The notes under the pieces are model-generated. The model was not told where the DNA came from, did not search any database, and saw nothing but the letters and a program-made list of their open reading frames with translations. 64,000 bases of DNA, from NCBI GenBank assembly GCA_037442505.1, contig JBBIPZ010000001.1, forward strand, positions 121,144-185,143, read 5' to 3'. The translations under genes were made by a program, and so were the position numbers. The stretch's first letter is position 1, and each line of letters opens with the position of its first letter. Positions 19,928-32,636 of the stretch are shown here, piece by piece. The DNA is from Deltaproteobacteria bacterium (lineage in GTDB: Bacteria; CALINM01).

Positions 19928-20754
19928 TAAACATCTTAAGGTTAAGAGAAACTGTAAAGAATGCACTCCTTGAAGACATTGGTTTTGGCGATATAACTTC
20001 CCAGTTAATTGATGATAGTAAAAGGGGAAGGGGCTATTTTCTTGCCAAAGAGAAGTTTGTGCTTTGTGGCACTGATGTAGTTAAACTTTGCTTTGAAGAG
20101 ATTGACGGTGATCTAAAGGTTGACTTTACAGCCAAAGATGGCGATGTAATACCAAAAGGTGGAAAGTTTGGTACAGTTAAAGGCAAGCTAAGGAGCATAT
20201 TAACAGGAGAAAGGGTTGCGCTTAACTTTCTTCAAAGGCTTTCTGGTATATCAACAATCACAAGACAGTTTGTGGATATTGTAAGTAAATTTGGAGTAAA
20301 GATTCTTGATACAAGAAAAACTACACCTTTATTACGTGATTTAGAAAAGTATGCGGTAAAGGTTGGTGGTGGCTACAATCACAGGTTTAATTTATCGGAC
20401 GGCGTTTTGATAAAAGACAACCATATTGTTGCTGCAAAAGGCATTACAAATGCTGTTAAGCTTGCTAAAACAAAAACTACTGCGCTTATTAAGATAGCCG
20501 TAGAGGTGAAAAGTATGGATGAACTTAAAGAGGCGTTAAAAGCGGGCGTTGACCATATTATGCTTGATAATATGTCAGAGAAAGAGATTGCCAAAGCAAT
20601 AGAGATTGTTAAAAAGGCTGTCCCGGTTGAGGTTTCTGGCGGGATAAACTTAAATAACATAGAGAAATTTGCAAAACTTAAGCCCGACTTTATTTCTTCA
20701 GGGTACATAACTCACTCCGCAAAGGCTGTTGACATCAGTTTAGAGTTAGAATAG
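19924..20754 (+). CDS. nadC: Nicotinate-nucleotide diphosphorylase (carboxylating)
   Basis: LDTRKTTP-LR-LEKYAV-VGGG-NHRF-L-DGVLIKDNHI is the classic QPRTase motif. Confidence 0.9.
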   Translation: MINILRLRETVKNALLEDIGFGDITSQLIDDSKRGRGYFLAKEKFVLCGTDVVKLCFEEIDGDLKVDFTAKDGDVIPKGGKFGTVKGKLRSILTGERVALNFLQRLSGISTITRQFVDIVSKFGVKILDTRKTTPLLRDLEKYAVKVGGGYNHRFNLSDGVLIKDNHIVAAKGITNAVKLAKTKTTALIKIAVEVKSMDELKEALKAGVDHIMLDNMSEKEIAKAIEIVKKAVPVEVSGGINLNNIEKFAKLKPDFISSGYITHSAKAVDISLELE

Positions 20755-21714
20755 ATGACCTGGAAAAAGATATTAAACCTTCTCGTTTCTCATAACACAT
20801 ATGTTTCAGGGGAACAGATAGGCAGAAGCCTTAATATGAGTCGTACTGCTATCTGGAAACATATAAATTTCTTAAAGCAGTATGGGTATATCATACAAAG
20901 TTCATCAAACGCTGGTTATAAACTACAGTTTCCCATAGACACACCTATTGTTTTAGAGCCAGAAGAACTGACAACAGGTATAGTAGGCAGGCAAATTATT
21001 TCTACCATCACCACAACATCAACAAACAATAATGCGATTTCAATATCTGAGAATGTTACGGAAGGAACAGTTGTAATTACTGAAAGCCAAACACAAGGCA
21101 GAGGTAGGAGAGGAAGAAGCTGGGTTTCTCCATTTGGAATGGGGCTTTATTTCTCAATCATTTTAAAGCCAGTTTTGCCAGTTGCTAAGTTGCCCAGAAT
21201 GACAATCCTTATTGGGGTCGCTATTGCTAACGCATTGAAAAAGTTTAACATTTTCCCTCAGCTCAAGTGGCCTAATGACATTATTTTAAATGAGAAAAAG
21301 ATTGGGGGAGTTTTGTCAGAACTTTTTGTAGAAGGTGATATAGCAAAATATGTAGTTGTTGGTGTAGGACTCAATGTTCACACCAGGTCTGACGACTTTC
21401 CAGAAGAGATCAGAAAAATAGCGGGAAGTATATACACTGAGACAGGTAAAAGTTTTTCAAGGCTCAAAATTTTAACTGCTTGCCTTTCTGAGATTGATAA
21501 TGCGTATAAATTTTTTGTAAAAAATAGCGGAGATTTAGGAGAGTTTGCGCATTCCTGGAATGAAATAGCCTGGAAAAAGGGTGAAGAGGTTTTTATAACT
21601 ACAGGAAAAGAAAAAGAGCTTTGTAAAATAATTGAATTACGGGAAGATGGTGTGTTACTGGTAAAACAGGGCAAAAAACTGAAAGAAGTGTTTGTTGGTG
21701 AAATCCTCTTTTAG
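20755..21714 (+). CDS. birA: Bifunctional biotin--[acetyl-CoA-carboxylase] ligase / transcriptional repressor
   Basis: N-terminal HTH (SGEQIGRSLNMSRTAIWKHI), a BPL catalytic core (GRGRRGRSW, KWPNDI) and a C-terminal domain. It carries an unusual Thr/Ser-rich insertion before GRGRRG. Confidence 0.85.
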   Translation: MTWKKILNLLVSHNTYVSGEQIGRSLNMSRTAIWKHINFLKQYGYIIQSSSNAGYKLQFPIDTPIVLEPEELTTGIVGRQIISTITTTSTNNNAISISENVTEGTVVITESQTQGRGRRGRSWVSPFGMGLYFSIILKPVLPVAKLPRMTILIGVAIANALKKFNIFPQLKWPNDIILNEKKIGGVLSELFVEGDIAKYVVVGVGLNVHTRSDDFPEEIRKIAGSIYTETGKSFSRLKILTACLSEIDNAYKFFVKNSGDLGEFAHSWNEIAWKKGEEVFITTGKEKELCKIIELREDGVLLVKQGKKLKEVFVGEILF

Positions 21715-21782
21715 GCAATAGAGCCTTTTTTAAACATCTCCAAGACATCAATTTTATAAATTTGGACAAAAAAGGTTTTTTC

Positions 21783-21811
21783 TTGACAGACCTATATCTT
21801 GTGGATAAAAT
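21783..21811 (+). promoter_or_regulatory. Sigma70-like promoter upstream of nrdJ (TTGACA - 17 nt - TAAAAT)
   Basis: TTGACA at 21783-21788. TAAAAT at 21806-21811. Confidence 0.4.
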
Positions 21812-21817
21812 AATTGC

Positions 21818-21836
21818 ACAATACAATATATTGTGA
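21818..21836 (+). promoter_or_regulatory. NrdR-box-like palindrome (CACAATACAATATATTGTG; perfect 12-bp core ACAATATATTGT)
   Basis: Perfect inverted repeat lying between the -10 element and the RBS/start of the class II RNR gene. It matches the general NrdR-box shape acaCwAtATaTwGtgt. Confidence 0.4.
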
Positions 21837-21847
21837 TGGAGGATAAG

Positions 21848-24082
21848 ATGCAAGAGGGAAGCCCTAAAATAATAAAACTAAATGAAAGTAGAAAGCAAAA
21901 GATTTCTCTCTCCCCTAATGCCATTACTGTCCTTGAGAAACGTTATCTTAAAAAATCTATTGATGGCAAGCCAATAGAAACTCCAGAAGATCTTTTTAGT
22001 CGTGTCGCAAAAACGATTGCAGATGCTGACAAAAAGTTTGGAATTGAAGATACAACCGCACTTGAAAATCAGTTTTACAACATGCTTGCAAATCTTGAGT
22101 TTATGCCAAATTCTCCAACTTTAATGAATGCTGGTAGAGAGTTAGGGCAGTTGTCTGCATGTTTTGTTTTGCCTGTTGGGGATTCGATGGAGGATATTTT
22201 TGAAACAATTAAAAACACTGCTTTGATACACAAAACTGGTGGCGGGACTGGTTTCTCATTTTCAAGATTGAGGCCTGCAAACGATATCGTTAAAAGCACT
22301 TCGGGTGTATCAAGTGGTCCCCTTCCTTTTATGAGAGCTTTTGATGCGGCGACAGAAGCGGTTAAACAAGGAGGCACAAGAAGAGGGGCTAATATGGGAA
22401 TTTTGAGTGTTGACCATCCCGATATCATGGATTTTATTATGTGTAAAGATGATAACAACGCTCTCAATAACTTTAATATATCTGTTGGACTTACTGAGAA
22501 GTTTATGGAAGCTGTTGAAAAGGATGAAGACTACGATTTGATTAATCCTCGCACAAAAACAGTAGTAAAAAGATTAAATGCAAGAAAGGTGTTCGAAAGG
22601 TTGGTTAAACAGGCATGGAAAAATGGCGAACCAGGTATCATCTTTCTGGATAGATTGAATAAGACAAATCCTACACCGCATATTGGAGAGTTTGAGGCTA
22701 CCAATCCTTGCGGCGAGCAGCCATTATTACCTTACGAATCCTGTAATTTGGGTTCGATTAATTTGGCTGTGATGGTGAAGGATGGAAAGGTAGATTATGA
22801 CAAATTAAAAGAAACCGTGCATTTAGCTGTTCATTTTCTTGATAATGTTATTGAAGTAAATAAGTATCCTTTAAAACAGATCGAGGAAATGACAAAATCA
22901 AACAGAAAGATTGGCTTGGGCATTATGGGCTGGGCAGATATGTTAATCCAGCTTAATATTCCATACAATTCAGAAGAGGCTTTAGAATTAGCAGATAAGG
23001 TGATGTCGTTTATTCAGAATGAGGGTTACAAAGCATCACAGGAGCTGGCAAAGACAAGGGGCGCTTTTCCTAATTTTAAAGGTTCAATACACGATAGACC
23101 GGGGAAAGACCCAATGAGAAATGCAACAGTAACAACGATTGCGCCAACAGGTACGATTTCGATTATTGCCAACACAACTTCTGGTATCGAACCATTATTC
23201 GCAATTTGCTACTATCGTAATGTGATGGACGGGACAAAACTGGTGGAGATAAACCCTCACTTCAAGAAGATTGCTATGGAACAAGGCTTCTATTCAGAGG
23301 AGCTTATTCAGAAGATTGCTAAGAAAGGCAGCATAAAAGATATCGAAGAAATACCCATTGATGTTAGAAAAGTTTTTGTTACCGCTCACGATATGAGCCC
23401 GGAATATCATGTAAAAATGCAGGCAGTATTTCAAAAATACACAGACAATGCTGTTAGCAAAACAATCAATTTCTGTAACGAAGCTACCGTTGAAGATGTG
23501 GAACAGACATACATATTAGCGTACAAACTGGGATGTAAAGGAATAACAATATACAGAGACGGTTCTCGAGAAGGACAGGTGTTGAATTTAGAAAAAGAGG
23601 AAAATAAGGAGAAAAAAGAGGTCAGTGTTAAACGTGAAAGACCCAAAGCCCTTAAAGGTGCAACATATCAGATGAAAACTGGATGTGGTGCCTTATATAT
23701 AACTATAAACGAAGATGATGCGGGACTATTTGAGTTATTTACAACTATGGGCAAGGCTGGTGGTTGCGCTTCTTCCCAATGCGAAGCGATAGGCAGATTA
23801 GTATCATTAGCCTGGCGTTCGAGTATATCAGCTAAACAGGTGATAAAACAGCTTGTTGGAATTTCCTGTCACAAGCCTTCTGGTTTTGGTGATAATAAGG
23901 TGCTTTCATGTGCTGATGCAGTAGCCAAAGCGATAGAGTTGCATTTAAAGAGCAATGGACATAAAGTAGAGATTGAAAAGGCGGTTTTTACCAGTGGGGC
24001 TTGTCCAGATTGTGGGAGCTCTTTAGAGCACGAAAGCGGTTGTGTGGTATGCAAAAACTGCAGTTATAGCGAATGCGGATAA
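21848..24082 (+). CDS. nrdJ: Adenosylcobalamin-dependent ribonucleoside-triphosphate/diphosphate reductase (class II)
   Basis: [19 protein letters not shown] and C-terminal Zn-ribbon Cys pairs (CPDCGSS...CVVCKNC). The ATG at 21848 follows GGAGG at 21838-21842. The ORF track starts at GTG 21833. Confidence 0.9.
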   Translation: MQEGSPKIIKLNESRKQKISLSPNAITVLEKRYLKKSIDGKPIETPEDLFSRVAKTIADADKKFGIEDTTALENQFYNMLANLEFMPNSPTLMNAGRELGQLSACFVLPVGDSMEDIFETIKNTALIHKTGGGTGFSFSRLRPANDIVKSTSGVSSGPLPFMRAFDAATEAVKQGGTRRGANMGILSVDHPDIMDFIMCKDDNNALNNFNISVGLTEKFMEAVEKDEDYDLINPRTKTVVKRLNARKVFERLVKQAWKNGEPGIIFLDRLNKTNPTPHIGEFEATNPCGEQPLLPYESCNLGSINLAVMVKDGKVDYDKLKETVHLAVHFLDNVIEVNKYPLKQIEEMTKSNRKIGLGIMGWADMLIQLNIPYNSEEALELADKVMSFIQNEGYKASQELAKTRGAFPNFKGSIHDRPGKDPMRNATVTTIAPTGTISIIANTTSGIEPLFAICYYRNVMDGTKLVEINPHFKKIAMEQGFYSEELIQKIAKKGSIKDIEEIPIDVRKVFVTAHDMSPEYHVKMQAVFQKYTDNAVSKTINFCNEATVEDVEQTYILAYKLGCKGITIYRDGSREGQVLNLEKEENKEKKEVSVKRERPKALKGATYQMKTGCGALYITINEDDAGLFELFTTMGKAGGCASSQCEAIGRLVSLAWRSSISAKQVIKQLVGISCHKPSGFGDNKVLSCADAVAKAIELHLKSNGHKVEIEKAVFTSGACPDCGSSLEHESGCVVCKNCSYSECG

Positions 24083-24099
24083 AAATTTCTTTCACCGCT

Positions 24100-25536
24100 T
24101 CAACCTGATGCAGTTAAGTCATCTTTTAGTTTTGTATACCACGGATTCTCAGGTTTTAACCTTTGCAAAACTTTTCTGGCTGATTTGTGGTTGCATACCG
24201 AAAGATACCAATAAAACTCTGTGATATCTTTTAAAAAAGATGTTGTAGGGCTCATTTTTATATCTTTTAAAGAAAAGCCATTTTTATTAACCGCATATTC
24301 TAACGCATTTAGATAATCTTTTTTAAACTTTTTATAGGAAGGCAGGTCGTAATAAACAATCTCTTTTTTTGAAAAAAACTCGTTAACCATGCTTTTGTTA
24401 TAAAGATTGGTGCCGGGATAAATTACAAGAGGGGATATAATTCCGTCGATTAATCCGGAAGTTTTAATAAAATTACAGGTCTCTTCAGCTTCTTCATTTG
24501 TTTCTTTAACACCACCAATAAAATAACCAAAGGGTCTAATCAGGTATCTTCTTAATGAATTGATAGCATTTTTTGCCAAAATAATATCAAATTCTTTGTT
24601 AAAAAGGTGTAAGATTCTTTTAGAAACAGCCTCGATTCCCATCTGCACCTGATCGCACCCCGACTGAGCAAGCGCATAAGCAACATCGTCATTAATGAAT
24701 TTAACAGAGCCTTGAGTGTTCCATAGCATACAGATATTTTCATCTCTTAATTCTTTCGAAAACTTAAGCACCCTTTTTTGATTCATCAAAAAGTTGTCAT
24801 CACGTATGCTAAAGTATATCTGTCCAAGATTATTTCTTAAATCTTTAATATAAGACAGTAGATTTTGTGTGCTGTGGAAACGTATCTTATTTTTCCATAA
24901 CACCGGAGAAGAACAAAAACTGCATCTATAAGGACATCCCCTTGAACTAATCAGGATGGCAAAGTTTTCGTTGTCGACAAAGTTACAGTAAGGTAAAATT
25001 TGTGATGGTATATAAAAAAAATTGTCAATGTTTGCGTGGTAAGCAGTTTGGTTAGTCTTGATTAAATTGTTTGAACGATAGCAAAGCCCCTCGATATTAT
25101 CAAGTTTTTCTTTGCCTTCTAAACATTTAACAATCTTTAATGCAGATATTTCCCCCTCTCCCTTTACTACAAAATCAATTTCTGGAAAGCGTATTAAAAT
25201 TTCTTCTGCCAACAGTGAAAATGGACCTCCTAACACGACAATACTTTTTTTATGATAATTTTTAATAACCTTAGCGAGATTTATAGAAGTAATATGATTG
25301 CCTGTGAAGCTGGATATGAAAGCAACTTTAATGTTAGATGATTTTATAATGTGTGAAACATCTTTATCATCAAGATGGGATAAATTGTAAAGTCCTGGTT
25401 GATAACCATTTTTCAGAAGATAGAAAAGTATATTAAACAATCCCATAGGTACAAAACCTGAAAAATAATCCTTTGCCTCTTTTTGTGGACCACGAAAAAA
25501 CAAAAAAATATTATTAACTTGTTTTTTGTTTAACAT
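24100..25536 (-). CDS. B12-binding domain radical SAM protein
   Basis: N-terminal cobalamin-binding-like Rossmann region. Radical-SAM CxxxCxxC motif (GCPYRCSFCSS). Confidence 0.8.
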   Translation of the reverse strand: MLNKKQVNNIFLFFRGPQKEAKDYFSGFVPMGLFNILFYLLKNGYQPGLYNLSHLDDKDVSHIIKSSNIKVAFISSFTGNHITSINLAKVIKNYHKKSIVVLGGPFSLLAEEILIRFPEIDFVVKGEGEISALKIVKCLEGKEKLDNIEGLCYRSNNLIKTNQTAYHANIDNFFYIPSQILPYCNFVDNENFAILISSRGCPYRCSFCSSPVLWKNKIRFHSTQNLLSYIKDLRNNLGQIYFSIRDDNFLMNQKRVLKFSKELRDENICMLWNTQGSVKFINDDVAYALAQSGCDQVQMGIEAVSKRILHLFNKEFDIILAKNAINSLRRYLIRPFGYFIGGVKETNEEAEETCNFIKTSGLIDGIISPLVIYPGTNLYNKSMVNEFFSKKEIVYYDLPSYKKFKKDYLNALEYAVNKNGFSLKDIKMSPTTSFLKDITEFYWYLSVCNHKSARKVLQRLKPENPWYTKLKDDLTASG

Positions 25537-25579
25537 AAGCTAAAATTAGAACATAAATTTATGAAAAAATAAATATTAG

Positions 25580-25608
25580 TTGACAATGTGTGTTTTTTGT
25601 GATTAAAT
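25580..25608 (+). promoter_or_regulatory. Sigma70-like promoter for cysK (TTGACA - 17 nt - TTAAAT), followed by perfect RBS AAGGAGG
   Basis: TTGACA at 25580-25585. TTAAAT at 25603-25608. AAGGAGG lies ~8 nt before the ATG at 25640. Confidence 0.4.
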
Positions 25609-25639
25609 ACTACTATAAAAGTAAAGAAAGGAGGTTGGC

Positions 25640-27890
<2,251 letters not shown>

Positions 27891-27900
27891 TATGAACAAA

Positions 27901-27929
27901 GGCGGGAAAATTTCAAAAATTTTTCCGCC
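27901..27929. terminator. Bidirectional rho-independent terminator hairpin between convergent metY and rng (13-bp stem, 1 mismatch, 3-nt loop)
   Basis: GGCGGGAAAATTT-caa-AAATTTTTCCGCC, with T-rich flanks on both strands. Confidence 0.55.
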
Positions 27930-27941
27930 TTAAAAGTTTAA

Positions 27942-29462
27942 TCATAAATACAACACTTCGTATTGATTCCACAACAAATCTTTTGAGACCTCTATAATAA
28001 CATCCTTTTTCGTTAAAACTTTAAGGGCATCTATAACCTTTTTCTCTTCACCAAAGAGGATATCGCCCATTTCACGTCCCACCTTTAGAAACGCCTTTTT
28101 AGTTTGATTTTTAATCAAGTTTTTATACAGTTCTCTAAAAATTTCGTTACATACAGTCTTTCTGGATAGTATAAAACCTTTTCCTTCACAGCAAGGGCAG
28201 GTTTCTCCCAATATTTTTGAAAGGCTGTTTCGTGTTCTTTTTCTTGTTAACTCAACGAGTCCCAGATCTGTCATTGGATTCAGAAAAATCTTTGTCCTAT
28301 CGCGCATGCATTCAGCCTCAAGCAGCTTAAAAACCTTTTCTTTGTTTGCTGTCTCTTTCATATCGATAAAATCAATGATTATAATCCCGCCAATATTCCT
28401 GAGTCTTAACTGATATGGAATCTCCTTAGCTGCTTCCATATTTGTTTGTAGTATTGTTGTTTCGAGATTATCTTTCCCAACAAACTTACCAGTATTAACA
28501 TCTATTATTGTGAGCGCCTCTGTTTCGTCTATAACTATATACCCACCCGATTTCAACCAGATATAACGTTCTAAAGCCTTGGAAATTTCCAGCTCAATGC
28601 CATATTTTTCAAACAAAGGTTGTTCTTCCTGATAAAGCTCAACAAAAACTGATTCTTCAGGCCAGAAGTCATTTATGTATTTTACAAGCTTTTCATAGAT
28701 GTCTTTATTGTCAATGATAATTTTACCAATCTCTTCCGATGGCATGTCTCTTACAAGTCTGTAAGGAAGTTCTAATTCTTCATAAATGGTTGATGGTGCT
28801 GAATGCATATTTTTTTTCTCACAAATATGCTCCCATACTCGAATCAGATAGTTCATATCACGTTTTAACTCTGTTTCTGACTTGCCTTCTGCAGCTGTTC
28901 TTACAATAAAACCAAAACTGGCAGTTCTTAACGACTCGACAATATTTTTTAGTCTTTCTTTTTCCTGTTCGTTTTGTATCCTGTGCGATACCCCAATATG
29001 TTCTGAAAAAGGCAACAATACAAGATATCTTCCCGGAATGGCGATATTGGTTGTTACTCTTGCACCTTTTGTACCGCGAGGACATTTCTCTGTTTGAACG
29101 AGAATTTCTTGTCCTTCTTTTATCAAATCCTGAATTTTTGCAGTTATCTGTAAAGATTCTTTTGTTTCCAACTCTTCGCCTTCAATAGTTTCTTCATCAA
29201 TAGTTGTTTCAAACGGGTCGTCATAGGTAATAGAATAGGGAGCTAAATCTTTAACGTATAAGAAGGCAGCCTTTTCAAGGCCTATATCTATGAACGCAGA
29301 CTGCATTCCTGGCAAAATACGCAAAACTCTGCCTTTGTAAATATTACCAATATTTTCGTTTGTATTCCCACGGTCTATAAAGATTTCAACAGGAGTCCCA
29401 TTTTCAAGTAAGACAGCCCTTGTCTCGAAAGGTGTTAAATTAATTATAAGTTCACGTGCCAA
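27942..29462 (-). CDS. rng: Ribonuclease E/G family endoribonuclease (RNase G-like)
   Basis: N-terminal S1 domain (GNIYKGRV-RILPGMQSAFIDIG), a DNase-I-like catalytic core and the Zn-link motif CPCCEGKG. Confidence 0.9.
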   Translation of the reverse strand: MARELIINLTPFETRAVLLENGTPVEIFIDRGNTNENIGNIYKGRVLRILPGMQSAFIDIGLEKAAFLYVKDLAPYSITYDDPFETTIDEETIEGEELETKESLQITAKIQDLIKEGQEILVQTEKCPRGTKGARVTTNIAIPGRYLVLLPFSEHIGVSHRIQNEQEKERLKNIVESLRTASFGFIVRTAAEGKSETELKRDMNYLIRVWEHICEKKNMHSAPSTIYEELELPYRLVRDMPSEEIGKIIIDNKDIYEKLVKYINDFWPEESVFVELYQEEQPLFEKYGIELEISKALERYIWLKSGGYIVIDETEALTIIDVNTGKFVGKDNLETTILQTNMEAAKEIPYQLRLRNIGGIIIIDFIDMKETANKEKVFKLLEAECMRDRTKIFLNPMTDLGLVELTRKRTRNSLSKILGETCPCCEGKGFILSRKTVCNEIFRELYKNLIKNQTKKAFLKVGREMGDILFGEEKKVIDALKVLTKKDVIIEVSKDLLWNQYEVLYL

Positions 29463-31860
29463 AAACTTCTCCCCCTTTTAGAAATACATTTGTTTTCACC
29501 AGTTCAAATGGACTGACTTCTCTCTTTGCCAGGTAAGATGCAAACTCTATTGGCTTAAGCCCACCCTGTGTTTGAATTATAGTAAAAAAAGTTTTGCCAA
29601 ATTTATTAGTTACTTCAGTAACAAAATCATTTGTGTTAAAAACCTTATCCTTACCTTTTCTTTTTACCACAATTTGTTCTGAATTGTCAAAAATATAATA
29701 ACCGTCGATTTTAAACTGAAAGGTATTTGCGATTTTGTCAACGCTTTCCCTGTATGAGGTTTCTGACAAATAAACTATCTTCAAACCATATATGTTAAGT
29801 TTTTCGAACTTTTCTAAACTTTTTTTGATATCAAACTGATTTGCTTCAAAAATTAAAACCTCACATTCGCTTTCCATCCCAAGTGGCAACGCCCAACCAC
29901 AATCAATCAATGGTTGAGGATTAAATCCTTTTGAGTATAAAACAGGAACTTCACATATCTTTAATATTCTATGCCATAATCGCATGATATCAAGAGCACC
30001 TAAAAACCTCATTTCAGACTTTTTCTGATAAACAAGAATGTAACGTTTTTTTTCAGGCTCCAGAATTTTTTCGGGCATTTCAATTGACTCTGCTTTTTTT
30101 GTGAAGATGTTTTTAAACTGTTTAAAGTCACAAGCTCCACAATTAGAACATTTTTCAAACCTACAGTCGGGAGTTTTCTCCTTACTGAAATATTTTTTAT
30201 ATTCTGAAACAAGAAACTCTTTGCTTACGCCAGTTAAAATAAACTCCCATGGCAGTTGCTCATCAATCCGGTAACCTTTTAAACAATCTTCAATTTTTAA
30301 GTTAAGTTTGTCAATCGCTTCCTGCCAAAAACTGAAATTGATATGTTCATCCCAGGCATCAAAGATAGCCCCTCTTTTAAAGGCATTAAGAATGATGTCA
30401 GAAGTTTTTTCGTCGCCTCGAGAAATAATCCCCTCAAGTATGCTCATGTAAGGATTGTGAAGACGAAGAAAAACTTTCTTTTCTTTGTAGAATATGTCCT
30501 TTAGCAAACGTTGCTTTTCCTGAATTTCCTTAAGGCTGTTCATTTTACACCACTGTAAGGGTGTATGTGGCTTAGGAACAAAAGTTGAAAATGACAGAGT
30601 AATATTTGCCTTGTTGTTTGATTCTTTCAGGATAGATTTAACAAACTCATATATTTCGTAGATACCATCTAAATTTTCATCAGGCAAACCTATCATATAG
30701 TAGAGTTTGATGTTTAGCCAGCCTAAATTGAATGCGGTTTTGATGTCTTTTTTTAGATCCTCATAGCTGATATTTTTATTTAATGCGGTCTGAAACGAAG
30801 GGTATGTTTCTGGTGCAACAGTAAGGCCTGTTTTTCGAAAAGAACATATCTTTTTTGCCATGTCATCGTTAATGCTGCCAACACGCAAAGAAGGCAGCGA
30901 AAGAGATGCCTTAAATATATCAGAAATTTTATACAGACAGTCAAAAAGTAAGGAAAAATTGGAATAATCTGTTATGCTTAGAGATGATGGAGAAAATTCG
31001 TCAAAACCAGTTTTTACAAGCCCTGTAGTAAATAGATTTGTTATTTTAGAGATATCCCTTTCTCTGTACGGCCTTTGTGCCATTCCAGCAAAACAAAAAC
31101 GACATCCTCTTGTGCATCCTCTTGCAGCCTCGATAGAAAGCCTGTTAAACGTTGTTTCAATCAAAGGGACAAGAGGCGTTCCAGGGTCTGCAGCATTCAG
31201 ATCCTTAATAGTTGCCTTTTTTATAAAAATCTTGTTTTTTTCATGTTTGGACGGGACGTAAACGTATGACAGTTTAGATAATTCAAAAATAATAGCATCT
31301 TTGTCAGTAAGGTTATCTTTGATAATATTGCTAATTTCTACAATTGCGTCTTCACCATCACCAATTACGAACGCATCGAAAAATGGAGAAAGAGGCAAAG
31401 GATTAAAAGCTAATGTTCCACCACCTATGATAAGTGGCTTGGATTTTCTGTCGTTGTAGTGGAGGGGTATTTTTGATAGTTCTAAAAACTTTAAAATATT
31501 AGTTACTGTTAACTCGTAAGGTAGAGTGATGCCAACAACATCAAATGCGTAAGCTGGTTGTTTGCTTTCTAAAGAAAGCGGCGGAATATCATGTTGTTCC
31601 ATCAATTTTATAGCATCCATTGCAGGCATGAAAAAGCGTTCGGCAAGAGTTTCGTTGTTCCTGTTTAGAATGCTATAAAGAATGGATATACCAAGATTGG
31701 AACTGCCCAATTCGTAAAGGTCAGGAAAGAAAAGCCCCCATTTGAGTTTTACACCGTTCCAGTCTTTTTTAACAGCATTAATTTCGTTTCCAATATAGCG
31801 GGCAGGTTTCTGGCAGAAACGCAAAACCTTTTCATCAAAAATAGAATAATAATCGGTCAT
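29452..31860 (-). CDS. Fused B12-binding radical SAM protein (TIGR03960-like) + DUF2344-like C-terminal domain, conserved partner of rne/rng
   Basis: 802 aa. Radical-SAM Cys motif ARGCTRGCRFCFAG. Overlaps the rng start. A conserved rSAM-rne neighbourhood is established knowledge. Confidence 0.75.
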   Translation of the reverse strand: MTDYYSIFDEKVLRFCQKPARYIGNEINAVKKDWNGVKLKWGLFFPDLYELGSSNLGISILYSILNRNNETLAERFFMPAMDAIKLMEQHDIPPLSLESKQPAYAFDVVGITLPYELTVTNILKFLELSKIPLHYNDRKSKPLIIGGGTLAFNPLPLSPFFDAFVIGDGEDAIVEISNIIKDNLTDKDAIIFELSKLSYVYVPSKHEKNKIFIKKATIKDLNAADPGTPLVPLIETTFNRLSIEAARGCTRGCRFCFAGMAQRPYRERDISKITNLFTTGLVKTGFDEFSPSSLSITDYSNFSLLFDCLYKISDIFKASLSLPSLRVGSINDDMAKKICSFRKTGLTVAPETYPSFQTALNKNISYEDLKKDIKTAFNLGWLNIKLYYMIGLPDENLDGIYEIYEFVKSILKESNNKANITLSFSTFVPKPHTPLQWCKMNSLKEIQEKQRLLKDIFYKEKKVFLRLHNPYMSILEGIISRGDEKTSDIILNAFKRGAIFDAWDEHINFSFWQEAIDKLNLKIEDCLKGYRIDEQLPWEFILTGVSKEFLVSEYKKYFSKEKTPDCRFEKCSNCGACDFKQFKNIFTKKAESIEMPEKILEPEKKRYILVYQKKSEMRFLGALDIMRLWHRILKICEVPVLYSKGFNPQPLIDCGWALPLGMESECEVLIFEANQFDIKKSLEKFEKLNIYGLKIVYLSETSYRESVDKIANTFQFKIDGYYIFDNSEQIVVKRKGKDKVFNTNDFVTEVTNKFGKTFFTIIQTQGGLKPIEFASYLAKREVSPFELVKTNVFLKGGEVFGT

Positions 31861-32636
31861 ACAGCTATTTTAATGTTTGCTTTTAATCTTTGCCAGTTAA
31901 ACAAACAAACATTTACTTCATTTTCATTATGCATTTCAAAGGTTATCCATCGTAGTTTTTTAGGCAAGAGTTGTACGAAAAATTTGAAAGGAAATGAACC
32001 ATTACCAACTGGTAGGTGTTGATCCATGTATCCCAGATTGTCGTGTAAATGTAGCGCAATAGTATATTTGCCCATCAAACTAAACCATTCTTCAAGTGTA
32101 ACATTAGAAAAGATATTGAAATGTCCTGTATCAAAGCAGTGTCCCAAAAACGGAGAATCAAAATGTTTTATAAAGGCATACAGTCTGGAATGATTGTCTT
32201 CGAAGATATTTTCAACTGCCAAGTGTATCTTTTTTTCTTCAGCTTTTTTAAGTATGGGAGTGAAATTTTTGATAGCAAGGTTAAGCCAGTTGTCTTCAAA
32301 ACCCCTAAAACGAAAAGGATCATAGCCAGGGTGAACAACAATCCCTGAGGCGTCTAAAACACGTGCTAATTCAATGGTTTTAATAAGTCTTTTGTATGTA
32401 ATATCTATAATAGCAGGGTCAGTTGCTGCAATATTGATATCAAGAAAAGGCGCATGCACAGATGGCTTTAATCCTGCAGCTTTAAAACTATTTGCTTCAG
32501 GTTCAAAAGATCTCAAATCAATGTTATCAAGATCTTTACCTGTAAAATAAAGTTCAGGATTAATCCTTCTTTTTAAAATTATCGGCAAATATTTTTTTAA
32601 ATCTGCATATGGTAGATGAACGTTAAAGCTTTCCAT
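31857..32636 (-). CDS. Sugar phosphate isomerase/epimerase (xylose isomerase-like TIM barrel) family protein
   Basis: 259 aa. The HxP...E...H..D..H pattern (HAPF, VHPG, AVEN, HCFDTGH, LHLHDN) is typical of the AP-endonuclease-2 / TIM-barrel family. Confidence 0.65.
   Translation of the reverse strand: MESFNVHLPYADLKKYLPIILKRRINPELYFTGKDLDNIDLRSFEPEANSFKAAGLKPSVHAPFLDINIAATDPAIIDITYKRLIKTIELARVLDASGIVVHPGYDPFRFRGFEDNWLNLAIKNFTPILKKAEEKKIHLAVENIFEDNHSRLYAFIKHFDSPFLGHCFDTGHFNIFSNVTLEEWFSLMGKYTIALHLHDNLGYMDQHLPVGNGSFPFKFFVQLLPKKLRWITFEMHNENEVNVCLFNWQRLKANIKIAV

Noticed and set aside
21715-21847. Possible cobalamin riboswitch upstream of B12-dependent nrdJ
   Set aside because: The leader is only ~60 nt downstream of the likely promoter. 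It lacks the conserved B12-box-like GCCACTG element. A protein-operator (NrdR-like) palindrome explains the region better.
24042-24224. 60-aa ORF after nrdJ stop
   Set aside because: It overlaps the 3' end of nrdJ and the 3' end of the convergent rSAM gene. No RBS. Most likely a spurious ORF in the terminator region.
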